A stretch of 64,000 nt of DNA from a virus (Duplodnaviria > Caudoviricetes). This document shows, piece after piece, positions 27,372-37,429 of the stretch. The stretch spans positions 1 to 64,000 of the IMG/VR virus record IMGVR_UViG_2721755846_000003, one strand, 5' to 3'. The notes under the pieces are model-generated. The model was not told where the DNA came from, ran no database searches, and saw only the letters and a list, made by a program, of their open reading frames with translations. The position numbers were made by a program, and so were the translations under genes. The stretch's first letter is position 1; each line of letters opens with the position of its first letter.

Positions 27372-28613
27372 CTACTCCTTCTTACGGCGGGAGACGGCCC
27401 ACAGAGACATCGCTACAAGAGCGGATTCCAACAGAGTCGGGGACTCGTTCCGCCCCGCCTTCGCGAGCTGTCTCCACAGGCCCTCACTCGGATCGTCAGT
27501 GCCGGGCACGTAGGGAAGGGCAGCAGGGTCCGGAAGCCCTTGGAACTCCTTTGCGGCGAGGGGGCTCGGAGGGGTGCTGCGCAGGATGGTGAGCTGCGAC
27601 TCAGCGTTGGTCGGGCTCAGCAGTACGCGGGTCTCCCAGGCGCATCCCACCCGGGCGATCCCCAATTGCCCATCGCGCGGCGACAGCCCCGTGAGCAGCC
27701 ACTGCACTGTGGCGGTGCACCAGACGTGTTCGCCGATCCGGTATGCGCTCACGTCGCTGACGACGCCTAGCTGAGCGTGGGGCGTCCCGATCCAGCCCCT
27801 GGCAAACATGCGCTCAGCGGGGCGTTCACTGCCGTCCGCGTTGACAGCCGGCCAGATCGAGCCTGCAAAGCGAGGAACGTTGAAGTGCCCCCAGTCGTCC
27901 GTGTCGAACGCCCACTTGGCCGCCGCCTCCTGCGCGATGGTCGACGCCGCATCGGGAGTCCCCAACCGATCCAGCACCGCGGCCTCGTCCACCTCGGTGG
28001 ACTGGGTGAACTGGGCGACGACCGGGTCGAGGGAGGTGTAGTGCTTGAACCGATCCCCCAGCCCGTGGAGGTCTCTGACCATAGGCGGGTCGTACGCCGA
28101 GCCGTCGCCGAAGTCGTCGGTGTTCTTGCTGACGAAGTACACCGTCTCATCAGGGTGCTCGTGCGCGTACTCGACAGCGGTCAGCCATATCGCGGCATCC
28201 CGGGAACCGGTCTTCACCGGCTTGTTCACGCCCTTCACCTCCAGCCGCTTGCACGGCGCGAGGACGTTCGCCTCCCGGAAGGCAGCCTCTTGCAGTACCG
28301 CCGCGCTCGGTGGCAGCACCTCCACGATGGCAGCGAAGGCATCCCGCCAGTGCTGGCGCACCTCCTCCGACTTGGGGGCCGGCAACTGCGTGGTGATGGG
28401 CCAGGGCGTGTTGTCGCGCAATGCCTGGACGGCCGCCCGCGCGGCGTCGTACTTCTCCTTGTACTTAATCGCCCGTTGCGCGGCGAGTTCCTCCATCACC
28501 ACCCACGGGACGGCGACGCCTTGAACACCCGTCGCACGGATGGTCTTGAGCAGGTCGACGCTCGCATTGTCGGGGGAGACACCCCACAGCATGTTCGTGT
28601 CCAAGATGATCAA
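27372..28613 (-). CDS. PIN-domain protein (putative RNase)
   Basis: IILDTN, VP.VV..E, G.RDAAIW, FVSKNTDDF. Confidence 0.85.
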   Translation of the reverse strand: MIILDTNMLWGVSPDNASVDLLKTIRATGVQGVAVPWVVMEELAAQRAIKYKEKYDAARAAVQALRDNTPWPITTQLPAPKSEEVRQHWRDAFAAIVEVLPPSAAVLQEAAFREANVLAPCKRLEVKGVNKPVKTGSRDAAIWLTAVEYAHEHPDETVYFVSKNTDDFGDGSAYDPPMVRDLHGLGDRFKHYTSLDPVVAQFTQSTEVDEAAVLDRLGTPDAASTIAQEAAAKWAFDTDDWGHFNVPRFAGSIWPAVNADGSERPAERMFARGWIGTPHAQLGVVSDVSAYRIGEHVWCTATVQWLLTGLSPRDGQLGIARVGCAWETRVLLSPTNAESQLTILRSTPPSPLAAKEFQGLPDPAALPYVPGTDDPSEGLWRQLAKAGRNESPTLLESALVAMSLWAVSRRKKE

Positions 28614-28694
28614 AGCGGACGGCTCCAGCTCTCCAGGGCGGCAATGTGCGCACAGCATTCCAAACCGGAGAGCCTGCCCGAAAGCCGATTCAGC

Positions 28695-28892
28695 TCACCG
28701 AGCGGACACGGGCCGGTCCAGCAACGCGGCCGGGACGAACGACACGTCGACCAACGTGCCCGCCTCGTCATAGATCAGCAGGTCCAGGCCGCCGCCCTCG
28801 GCGGGCACCTCCACCAGGGCCAGCGGCGGCCCCTCCAGGGCCTCCCAGCGCGCCGCCAGGACGTCCCGGTCTATCTCACCGTTACCGGACAT
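28695..28892 (-). CDS. Small hypothetical protein
   Basis: 65-aa ORF with plausible composition. Confidence 0.45.
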   Translation of the reverse strand: MSGNGEIDRDVLAARWEALEGPPLALVEVPAEGGGLDLLIYDEAGTLVDVSFVPAALLDRPVSAR

Positions 28893-28995
28893 GCATTCAC
28901 GGTAGAGGCGGGTACAGGGGCGCGGCAGAGGCCTGTGGGAGCACTCCCTGGGTGTGAGGGGTGCCGGTTAACGAAACGGTGCGTCTGCGCGCTCG

Positions 28996-29484
28996 TCAGA
29001 TGACGGGGGGCGGCTGGGGTGGTTGGGCCTGCCCGCCGGCGTTCGTTGACGTCCGCGTTGCCCCTGCCACGGCCGTCATGTCGTCCGAGTCGCTGCGCCC
29101 GAGAATGAAGATCTTGGCGAGGGCGAGCAGGCTCGGGCCGCACAGGAGAGTGGACAGCCACCAGGACTCCGGAGCCACGTATACGCCGCCCCCAAGCATC
29201 CCCAGCGCAACCACCGTTCCGCCGATGAGCTCTCCCATGTGCCTGATGTGGGCCCGCCGGTGCTGGCGCTCCTCATACTGGCGCTGCGCCAACTCGCGCT
29301 GCATCCCCAGTCGCATCAGTCGCTCACGGTGTTCTCGACGTAGTGAGGGCTCCATGGCGGTCATCGCAGCCGCCAGGTGAGCTGCGTCGAGCTCTTTCCA
29401 CTGCATGGCGACCTGCATGGCCGCGGACACAATAGGGTCCTCATCAGGCGTCCACTCGGCGGGGAGTTGGTCTTCCCTGTTCAC
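28996..29484 (-). CDS. Two-TM membrane protein with coiled coil (DUF2335-like)
   Basis: GGAGGAG RBS, GTGA coupling, EHRER coil followed by two TMs. Confidence 0.7.
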   Translation of the reverse strand: MNREDQLPAEWTPDEDPIVSAAMQVAMQWKELDAAHLAAAMTAMEPSLRREHRERLMRLGMQRELAQRQYEERQHRRAHIRHMGELIGGTVVALGMLGGGVYVAPESWWLSTLLCGPSLLALAKIFILGRSDSDDMTAVAGATRTSTNAGGQAQPPQPPPVI

Positions 29485-30158
29485 TGCTGGGCTCCTCCGC
29501 CGCCGCTTGTCACCGGACTGGCGTCTCCGCTAGCGCCCTCTGGGGGTGGGCCGAGGCGCAGGAATAGCAGCGCCAAGGTGTGGCTGATCGTGGAGGCCGT
29601 CTGCGCGGCCAGAAGCCGCCGCTCGTCGAGAGTCAAGTCCTCAATAGGCTCAAGCTCGGGCGCATCGGGATCTGCGTCCGGACCTCGTAGAGCAGCCTCC
29701 TGGGCAGCGAGGCTCCATTCTTCCCGTGTGACGTCCGGCAAGTGGGGCAGGTGGGGCAGCCTCCCGCGGTAGGACCGCCTCCACAGCGGCTGGAGGTCCT
29801 CCCGTGCGCCCCTCTTCGCGGCCTCTGCGCGGATTTGCCGCCGCCGGAGTTCCCACACAGCGCTTTCGTCGGAGGATCCGGGCCAACCATCCTCGCGGGC
29901 CACCTCCGCGAGGACGTCGATGTCCTCTACGTCCCGCTCAGGGCGCCTAACTTCCTTACGGATGTCTTTCTCGTCTCCGTCTCCCCAAGCGGGCACGCTC
30001 TCGTCTGGTGACTTGGGGATCCGGACGTCGGTTTGGGCCCTGCCCTCCGGGCCGTCGATGTAGCGATACCGCTCGATCTTCACTTCTTTGCCACGGAGCT
30101 TTGCCCAACCACGCAGGACCAGCTCCCGACCCCTGTTCCGGAACGACACCGCGCTCAC
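29481..30158 (-). CDS. Hypothetical protein (start uncertain)
   Basis: Open frame coupled to the 29484 start. Confidence 0.5.
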   Translation of the reverse strand: MSAVSFRNRGRELVLRGWAKLRGKEVKIERYRYIDGPEGRAQTDVRIPKSPDESVPAWGDGDEKDIRKEVRRPERDVEDIDVLAEVAREDGWPGSSDESAVWELRRRQIRAEAAKRGAREDLQPLWRRSYRGRLPHLPHLPDVTREEWSLAAQEAALRGPDADPDAPELEPIEDLTLDERRLLAAQTASTISHTLALLFLRLGPPPEGASGDASPVTSGGGGAQQ

Positions 30159-30460
30159 CCCCCCGGGCCACGGCTCACGGCGGACCAACACCGTATCGGA
30201 GCATTCCCCGGAGGGCACGGGTTCAAGGGCGAAGGGCGCCGGCGGGCAGGGCGTGTACGCCTGCGCCGCCCGGGCACTGCATCGGCACTTCCGCCGGCGC
30301 CCACCTGTCCCCGCTCGGAACCTGGCCCACGCTACCAGCCCCCTGTGATCGAACTCCCCGGCCTGACCTGCGCGTTCGCCCCCACAGGGGCACTCCGCGG
30401 CGTGGCCTATCATGCTCCGCCGACCGAAACCGGAAGCACACGTTCCGCCAGGGGGCGACC

Positions 30461-30802
30461 TTGCTTGACCTCACCCACCTCGCCCTGCTCGGGCTGGCCG
30501 GCTACCGCGGCACACAGCTCGCCGTCCACGACACCATCCTCGATCCGGCCCGTGACCGGATCTTCGCGTGGCACGAGCGCCGCCAGGACTCCACCACGCG
30601 CACCGCCGCCGTCACCCTCATCTCCTGCGTCTACTGCATGGGCTGGTGGGTGTCCGGGGCACTGCTCGCCACCTACCTCCTGGCCGCTGGCGCGTTCGAC
30701 CAGGACCCCCTGGTCGTCCACGGCGTGGAGTGGCTGGCCGTCGCCGGCCTGGCCGTCCTGCTCAACGGCCTGGACGACATGCTGGGCCGGGTGCACGCAT
30801 GA
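30461..30802 (+). CDS. DUF1360-family membrane protein
   Basis: YR.T.L...D.I..P.R, LISCVYC.GWW. Confidence 0.8.
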   Translation: MLDLTHLALLGLAGYRGTQLAVHDTILDPARDRIFAWHERRQDSTTRTAAVTLISCVYCMGWWVSGALLATYLLAAGAFDQDPLVVHGVEWLAVAGLAVLLNGLDDMLGRVHA

Positions 30803-32583
30803 CCGCCCGTACCCGCCCGCGCGGTGAACTCACCGCCTCCGCCGCCCGCTACACCGCCCGCCGCCTGCGCACCAAGCCCGTCGACGGCTCATGGCAAGAG
30901 CGGGCGTGGCTGTTCTACGACGAGACGCCAGAGGTCCGGTTCGCCGCCCGCTGGTACTCCAACGCCATGGGCCGGGCCCTGCTGTTCGCCGGCCGCCGGG
31001 ACGAGAAGGGCAAGGTGGTGCCGCTCCCGGCCGGACACCGCGCCGCCGAACTGGTCGCCGAGATCGCCGGCGGCCCGGACGGCCAGGCGCAGCTCCTGGG
31101 AGGCTTCGGCCCCCACCTGACCATCGCGGGCGAGGGGTGGATCATCGTCCGCCCGAAGGAGGACAGCCGCGGCAACGCCCTGGGCGCGGACTGGCGTGTG
31201 CTGTCCACCCAGGAGGTCAAGCAGCAGGGCACCAAGCTGGTGGCCGAGATCGACGGGGAGGAGGTGGCCATCCCCGGGGCGGAGGACGAGAACGCCCCCC
31301 TGGACACCGAGGACCCGGTCGCCATCCGCGTGTGGGAGAGCCACCCCCGCCGCCACCTGGAGGCCGACAGCGCCGTACGGTCCGCCCTCGGCCTGCTGGA
31401 GGAACTCAAGCTTCTCAACGCCGCCGTGGCCGCCATCGCCCGCTCCCGGCTCACCGGCCGCGGCATCGTGCTCGTGCCCCAGGGCACCAAGTTCCCCACC
31501 ACCCCCAACCAGGGCGACGAGGAAGACGACCTGATCGATGTCCTGATGACGGTCGCCGAGACCGCCTACAAGGAACCCGACAGCGCCGCCGCGACGGTCC
31601 CGATCATCCTGGAAGTCCCCGCCGACCAGATCCCCAACATCAAGCGCCTGACGTTCGAGAGCGACTTCGACACCCTCGCCATCCAGTTGCGCGAGGAGGC
31701 CATCCGCCGCTTCGCCAACGGCCTGGAAGTCCCGGCGGAGATCCTCCTCGGCCAGGGCGACATCAACCACTGGGGACAGTGGGCGCTCAAGGACGAGGCC
31801 ATCACCCTCGGGGTGGAACCCAAACTCGCCACCGTCACCCACGCCCTGACGACCCAGTACCTCCAGCCGCTCCTGGAGGCCGAGGACGTCGCGGACGCCC
31901 TGGACTGCCTGGTCTGGTACGACACGAGCCCCCTGCGCGTACGCACCAACCGCGCGGAAACCGCCCTCAAGGTCCACGAGGCAGGCGCCATCTCGGACGC
32001 CGCGCTGCGCCGGGAGACCGGGTTCACCGACACGGACGCCCCCACCGAGGAGGAGCGCCGCCGCCGACAGGGCGAGCAGGCACCGGACGGCCAGCAGCAG
32101 AACCAGCAGCTGCCGGTGGACGAGTCCAACGCCGAGCCCGAGCAGCCCACCACCGACCCCGCCGAGCAGGGCCCAGGCGACCAGACCGCCGCCACCGTGC
32201 CGGTGGACGTCGCCGCCCTGCGGTACCAGACGGTCCTGGCCGCCATCGACGGCGTGATCCACAACGCCATGTGCATGGTCGGCGAGAAGATCCGCGTCAA
32301 GCCAGCCTGCCCCCGCAGCGAGCGGGGCCGGTCCCGGGAGATCGCACCCGGGGAGCTACACACCCACTTCCCCGTCTCGGACGAGCAGGTCGACCAGTGG
32401 CACCTACTCATCGGCGCCTGGGACCGCGTCCCGGAGATGGCCCAGCGGTACGGGTTCGAGGCGGAATGCCTCATCGACACCCTGGACAACTACGCCCGCG
32501 CCCTGATCGCCGCCCGCATGAAGCACACCTATGAGGAGACCGTGCGCCTGCTGCGGTCCTCCTGCCTGCGGCTGGCGGCATGA
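30799..32583 (+). CDS. Portal protein
   Basis: WQ..AW.FYD..PE.RF, LR.EAI.R.A.GL..P.E.LLG..D.NHW; position after terL. Confidence 0.9.
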   Translation: MTARTRPRGELTASAARYTARRLRTKPVDGSWQERAWLFYDETPEVRFAARWYSNAMGRALLFAGRRDEKGKVVPLPAGHRAAELVAEIAGGPDGQAQLLGGFGPHLTIAGEGWIIVRPKEDSRGNALGADWRVLSTQEVKQQGTKLVAEIDGEEVAIPGAEDENAPLDTEDPVAIRVWESHPRRHLEADSAVRSALGLLEELKLLNAAVAAIARSRLTGRGIVLVPQGTKFPTTPNQGDEEDDLIDVLMTVAETAYKEPDSAAATVPIILEVPADQIPNIKRLTFESDFDTLAIQLREEAIRRFANGLEVPAEILLGQGDINHWGQWALKDEAITLGVEPKLATVTHALTTQYLQPLLEAEDVADALDCLVWYDTSPLRVRTNRAETALKVHEAGAISDAALRRETGFTDTDAPTEEERRRRQGEQAPDGQQQNQQLPVDESNAEPEQPTTDPAEQGPGDQTAATVPVDVAALRYQTVLAAIDGVIHNAMCMVGEKIRVKPACPRSERGRSREIAPGELHTHFPVSDEQVDQWHLLIGAWDRVPEMAQRYGFEAECLIDTLDNYARALIAARMKHTYEETVRLLRSSCLRLAA

Positions 32584-32792
32584 CCACCCCGCCACGCCCG
32601 CCGACCGAGCCGCGCCCGGCCGAGGTCAGCGCCTCGGCGGCCAACGTCACCGCCGAATGGTGCAGCAGCTGCAAGGCGTACACGCTCCTGGCCGGGGAGA
32701 TCGTCCTGCTCACCCAGGACGGCGTGGCCACGGTCGGCTACTGGGCGTGGTGCGAGACCTGCGACCCCCCGGAGGTATCCCGTGTCGGCTGA
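32580..32792 (+). CDS. Small Zn-ribbon protein
   Basis: WCSSC...WCETC. Confidence 0.65.
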   Translation: MTTPPRPPTEPRPAEVSASAANVTAEWCSSCKAYTLLAGEIVLLTQDGVATVGYWAWCETCDPPEVSRVG

Positions 32793-33009
32793 CCACTGCC
32801 CGGACCACGTGGAGCGCCTGGACCTGTGCCCCCAGTGCCAGGGCCTGACCGTCACCGGCATGACCCGCCTGACCGGCGTCACCGACGTCCGCATCGACGG
32901 CCCGGCCGGCTCCCTCAAGCTCAACGGCCCCGTGGTCATGTACCTGGGCCCCGTGGAGCCGTGCCCGAACAGGGCGGCCCTCGAGGAAGGAGCTGCCCGC
33001 GATGTGTAA
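32782..33009 (+). CDS. Small Cys/His protein
   Basis: GGAGG RBS; CPDH...CPQC. Confidence 0.55.
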   Translation: MSADHCPDHVERLDLCPQCQGLTVTGMTRLTGVTDVRIDGPAGSLKLNGPVVMYLGPVEPCPNRAALEEGAARDV

Positions 33010-33385
33010 CCCGCCCGAGCCCGCCACCGAGCACACCCCGGAGCTGTGGGGGCACTCCGCCTCCGCCCACCGCGTACACGGCTGGTGCGCGGACTGCCCA
33101 GGCCACGACCTGGCAGAAGAGACGGTGGCCTGGCGCGTACGGGAGAACCGCCGCCACGACGCCGAGCAGGCCGCGCTGGCCGCCTCCGCCGCCAACCGCA
33201 ACACCGTGGACCTGGCCGCCACCCATGACCACCTGTGCCCCGTGTGCGGCCAGGAGGCCCTGACCGTCGTCCGCGTCGCCCTGGTCGGCGACAGCGGAGA
33301 GCAGCGCCCGGCCGGCGGGTGGGCCCACTGCACCGCCTGCGACGCAACACCCCACCCCACGCTGGAGGAGCCCGACCGTGGCTGA
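33002..33385 (+). CDS. Double Zn-motif protein
   Basis: H.VHGWCADC and CPVC...CTAC. Confidence 0.65.
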   Translation: MCNPPEPATEHTPELWGHSASAHRVHGWCADCPGHDLAEETVAWRVRENRRHDAEQAALAASAANRNTVDLAATHDHLCPVCGQEALTVVRVALVGDSGEQRPAGGWAHCTACDATPHPTLEEPDRG

Positions 33386-33608
33386 CACCACCGAGACCAC
33401 CCCCAACGGGAGGCCCCCGGAGCGCACCGCGCCGCCCGGACACAGCCTGATCGCCCACCAAGTGCACGGGTGGTGCAGCAAGTGCCCGGACGTGGAGCTG
33501 TGGGAGGAGCTGCTGGCCTGGCGCCAGCGCGAGCGCGCCCGCGTGGACGACGCGCCGTTCACGGACCGCGCCCCGGAGCCGTCCCCGGAGGTGACGCGCC
33601 ATGGATGA
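33378..33608 (+). CDS. Small Zn-motif protein, paralog of the 33002 N-terminus
   Basis: GHS..AH.VHGWC..CP...L.EE..AWR. Confidence 0.65.
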   Translation: MADTTETTPNGRPPERTAPPGHSLIAHQVHGWCSKCPDVELWEELLAWRQRERARVDDAPFTDRAPEPSPEVTRHG

Positions 33609-36600
33609 GCTGGAGGAGGCCCTGGCCGCGGCCGAGGAGGACGTAGCGGCCGAAGTACGAGCTGTACTGGAGGAGGTGGCGGAGGAGTTCGCCGCCGCCC
33701 TCGATGGCGCCACGGAGCTGGTGGCCGCCCGGTTCTCCGTCTCCCGTATCGGGGCGATGTTCCGCCAGCGGGTGCCGCGCCTCGTGCGCCGCCTCCTGGG
33801 CGTCACCGAGCAGGCCGCCGAGTCTGCGGCCGGCCAGGTGGACGCGGAGCTGCCGGACGGGTGGGACGACCTGCCCGGCCGCCAGGACCGCGGCGAGGAA
33901 CTCCCCGACGGCATCGGCCAGTACGTCGACAGCACGGAACACCTGCTGCGCGCCGTGGGCGACCGCCTCGCCGAGGTGGCCGTGCGCGAGCTCGCCGCCG
34001 GCGTGGAGGCAGGGGAGGACCTGGAGGCCCTGCGCGCCCGCCTGCTCGCCGTGTTCGCCCGCGAGGGGGCGCAGCTCGGGGAGGGCCGGGAAGCGCTGAT
34101 CTCGACCACCGAGGCGGCCCGCGCCTGGAACACCGCCACCCTGGCCGCCGCCCAGGCCCTCACCGGCCCGGACCGGCCGATCGTCAAGCAGTGGCAGACC
34201 CGCCGCGACACCAAGGTGCGAGACGCCCACCATGACGTGGACGGGTTCGTGCGCCTCCTCGACGACGCGTTCGAGGTGGCCGGCGTCGACATGCAGCACC
34301 CCGGCGACCCGAGCGCACCCCCGGCCCTGGTGTGCAACTGCCGGTGCATCCTGCGCCTCCAACACGCCCCGGACCGCAGCGCCTCCGCCCTTGTAATCCC
34401 AGTCGCCGGACCGAGTGACGCTTTCGAAACCACGGCGGCGGCCACCGAGCACACCGGTGCCATGATCGCCCTCGTCCCCAGCGCCGCCGACGTGGAGCGC
34501 CTGGCCCTCGACAACGGAGAGCCCGCGGAGGAGCTGCACTGCACCCTGTGGTTCCTCGGCACCGCCGCCGACTGGACCGAGGACCAGCGCAACGAGCTGA
34601 TCGCAGGCGTCCGCGCCCGGGCCACCAGCCTGGCCGGTCCCGTGCGGGCGGTGTCGTTCGGCGTCAACCACTGGAACCCGTCCAGCCCAGACCCCGCCTG
34701 GGTGTGGGCCATCGGCGACGACGCCGACGCAGGCGACGAGGACCCGACCCTGCACGAGGCGCGCGCCGTCGCCCAGGACGCCCTGGAGGACGGCCATAAC
34801 AACCCGGACCTGCCCCGCCAGCACACCCCTTGGGTCGCCCACACAACCGCTGCCTACACCACGGAGACCTGGCCCTTGGAGGCCATGGCCGACCGCCTGG
34901 GCCCGCTCACCTTCGACCGTATCCGCGTCGCGTTCGCCGGCGAGGTCACGGACATCCCACTCGGCCCCGAGGAGGAGCCACCCATGGACAACCCCACCGA
35001 CGAGGCCCTGACGGCCGCGCTGCCGGTCCGCACCTGGAGCACACCGGACGGCGCCGCCCTGGCCTACGAGAACACCGAGACCGGCGACGGCCGGATCTTC
35101 GCCCCCGGCGCCCTGTACTGGGAGAGCGGCCCCTGGCCCCTCCAGTACGCGGAGGAGATGGGCATGGGCCACGACGGCGCCGAACTCGCGGGCGCCATCG
35201 AGAAGTACGGCCGCGACGGGGACCGCATCACCGGCAACGGCGTCCTCTACCTCTCCCAGCGCGCCGGATACGACGCCGTGACCCTGCTGGAGCAGGAGGC
35301 CCCCCTCGGCGTCAGCGTGGACCTGGACAGCGTCGACGTGGAGTTCGTGGACAAGACGCTCACGGAGGACGAGGACGGTTTCCTGGTGCTCGCGGCCTCC
35401 CTGCCGTACGCCAGCGTGCTGCGCCTGGCTGACGGCGGCTGGCTCATCAGCGCCGCCACCGCCGTGGAAGCCACCGCGGCCGGGACCGCCCTGACGCGCC
35501 GCCAGCACCTGGCCCAGATCATCACCGGCCCGGACGGACGGCTGCCCGCCAAGGCCCTGGCCGCATTCGACGGCACCAGCCTTCCCAAGCTCACCGCCGC
35601 CGCAGGCGACCCGGATGATGAGGACGGCGTGGTCCTCCACTCCGAGCAGGCCGGGGACTTCCTCATCCGCATCACCAAGGCCCGCGTGCGCGGCGCGACG
35701 CTGGTGTCCATGCCCGCCTACGACCAGGCGCGCATCATCCTGGACCCGCCCGAGACCAGCGAGGACGCCATCGCCTCGCTGAACGCCGCCATCACGGCCG
35801 CCGCGTCCGCCCCGGGGGAGACCCGCCAGCGCGTCATCCGCTACGTGCGCACCTGCCCGGACCCCGTGGGCGCCGGCGAGGTCGCCAAGGCCTTGGGTAT
35901 CACCGTGGAGACCGCCCGCAAGCACCTGCGCGCCGCCTTCAAGGACGGCCACCTGGTGCGCCTCGCCGCCGGCCTGTACGTCGGCGCCTCCACCATCCCG
36001 GAGGGCCCGCCGCCCACCACCACCGACGCCATGGCCGCCGCGGTGGTCGACGCCGAGGACGCGGCCCTGACGGAGCTGGTGGCCTCCGCCTGGACCGCCA
36101 TGCGCGACCTGCCGCCCATGCCCGCCGCCTGGTTCGCGGAGCCCACCGACGAGGAACTCCCTCCCGGCAGCGGCGGCGTGCACTACGCCGACGGCCGGAT
36201 CTACGGATGGGTGGCCCAGAGCGGCGAGCCGCACGCAGGGTTCGCCAACCGGCGCGTGACGATCGAGTCCCTGGGGGAGATCGACACCAGCCACTTCCTG
36301 CGCGCCCGCTTCAAGTTGGACAACGGGCAGACCGTCAAGGCCGGCGCCTTCACGATGAACGCCCCCCACAGCCGGGACGGCGCGGAGTGCAACGACGTGG
36401 CCTGCCAGTTCGACGACTCAAGGACGGTCGCCGGCATCGTCACCGTGGGCATGAACGAGCGCGGCATGTGGTTCTCGGGCGCAGCCGCGCCGTGGCTGTC
36501 CGACTGGGACCGCACCGTGTTCATGGGGTGCCAGCCCAGCTATCACATGAAGAAGGGCCCGGGCGGCCGGTGGGAGCTGCGCGCGGTGCTGTCCGTCCCG

Positions 36601-36963
36601 GTGCCCGGCCACTCCTCGCCGCTGCTCGCCTCCGTCGTGGAGCGCGGCAACCTCGCCCTGGCCGCCAGCGCGGCCGCCGTCCTGGACACCTCAGCGGACA
36701 CCGTGCTGGACATGTCCGCGGACACGTCCGGACACCTAGCCGTCCTGTCCGCGGGCACCCTGGCTGACCTGCCTGGACAGCGTCCGGACACGAGCGGCCG
36801 ACACGTCCCGGACACCCCGGCCGCCCTGCTCACCGACCCGGCGTTCCTTGACGGCCTGTCCGCCGCGCTGGCCCGCCGGGACACCGAACGGCGCGCGGAG
36901 GTGGAGGCCATGGCGGCCGCCGTCCTCGCGCCCACCACCACCCACCCGAAGGGGGACGCGTAA
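33601..36963 (+). CDS. MuF-like minor head / 2H phosphoesterase / capsid maturation protease fusion with internal winged helix
   Basis: KQWQT..D..VR.AH...NCRC (MuF); LHCTL and AHTT (two HxT motifs); TGDGRIF...GH, GVSVDLD, GATLV..PAY (protease). Confidence 0.88.
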   Translation: MDELEEALAAAEEDVAAEVRAVLEEVAEEFAAALDGATELVAARFSVSRIGAMFRQRVPRLVRRLLGVTEQAAESAAGQVDAELPDGWDDLPGRQDRGEELPDGIGQYVDSTEHLLRAVGDRLAEVAVRELAAGVEAGEDLEALRARLLAVFAREGAQLGEGREALISTTEAARAWNTATLAAAQALTGPDRPIVKQWQTRRDTKVRDAHHDVDGFVRLLDDAFEVAGVDMQHPGDPSAPPALVCNCRCILRLQHAPDRSASALVIPVAGPSDAFETTAAATEHTGAMIALVPSAADVERLALDNGEPAEELHCTLWFLGTAADWTEDQRNELIAGVRARATSLAGPVRAVSFGVNHWNPSSPDPAWVWAIGDDADAGDEDPTLHEARAVAQDALEDGHNNPDLPRQHTPWVAHTTAAYTTETWPLEAMADRLGPLTFDRIRVAFAGEVTDIPLGPEEEPPMDNPTDEALTAALPVRTWSTPDGAALAYENTETGDGRIFAPGALYWESGPWPLQYAEEMGMGHDGAELAGAIEKYGRDGDRITGNGVLYLSQRAGYDAVTLLEQEAPLGVSVDLDSVDVEFVDKTLTEDEDGFLVLAASLPYASVLRLADGGWLISAATAVEATAAGTALTRRQHLAQIITGPDGRLPAKALAAFDGTSLPKLTAAAGDPDDEDGVVLHSEQAGDFLIRITKARVRGATLVSMPAYDQARIILDPPETSEDAIASLNAAITAAASAPGETRQRVIRYVRTCPDPVGAGEVAKALGITVETARKHLRAAFKDGHLVRLAAGLYVGASTIPEGPPPTTTDAMAAAVVDAEDAALTELVASAWTAMRDLPPMPAAWFAEPTDEELPPGSGGVHYADGRIYGWVAQSGEPHAGFANRRVTIESLGEIDTSHFLRARFKLDNGQTVKAGAFTMNAPHSRDGAECNDVACQFDDSRTVAGIVTVGMNERGMWFSGAAAPWLSDWDRTVFMGCQPSYHMKKGPGGRWELRAVLSVPVPGHSSPLLASVVERGNLALAASAAAVLDTSADTVLDMSADTSGHLAVLSAGTLADLPGQRPDTSGRHVPDTPAALLTDPAFLDGLSAALARRDTERRAEVEAMAAAVLAPTTTHPKGDA

Positions 36964-36965
36964 CC

Positions 36966-37340
36966 ATGGGATGCGCCTGCAACCAGCGAGGCCGTACACA
37001 GTTCGAGGTGACCATGGAGGCCGGCCGCGGCCGCGTCGCCTTCACCAGCGGCAGCAAGCCGACCGCCACCACCGTGGCCGGCCGCTACCAGGGCAGCGCC
37101 GTACGCATCAAGGGCACCGACGAACTGGTGCACCACACCGAGGCGTACGAGGTGGCCAAGGACGGCGGCAAGGGCGCCGTGGTGTTCGCCCACTCAGACC
37201 AGGCCCAGGCCGTCGCCCACGCCCAGACCCTGGAGGGCTCGGTGGTCCGGGAGGCCGAGAGCGGCACGATCATCCACCCCGGCCCGGCCAACCTCACCAA
37301 GGCCGAACAGGCCGACGTCACCCCTGCGGGTACTGTCTGA
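36966..37340 (+). CDS. Hypothetical protein with internal duplication
   Basis: MGCAC start; two similar ~40-aa units. Confidence 0.7.
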   Translation: MGCACNQRGRTQFEVTMEAGRGRVAFTSGSKPTATTVAGRYQGSAVRIKGTDELVHHTEAYEVAKDGGKGAVVFAHSDQAQAVAHAQTLEGSVVREAESGTIIHPGPANLTKAEQADVTPAGTV

Positions 37341-37429
37341 CCTGCGCGGGCGCCCGTACGTTCGACCACGAGTAAGCCCCCGCGACGGCAGCCACCGTCC
37401 GGGGGTGTGGACGACTACGAGGAGTCGAC

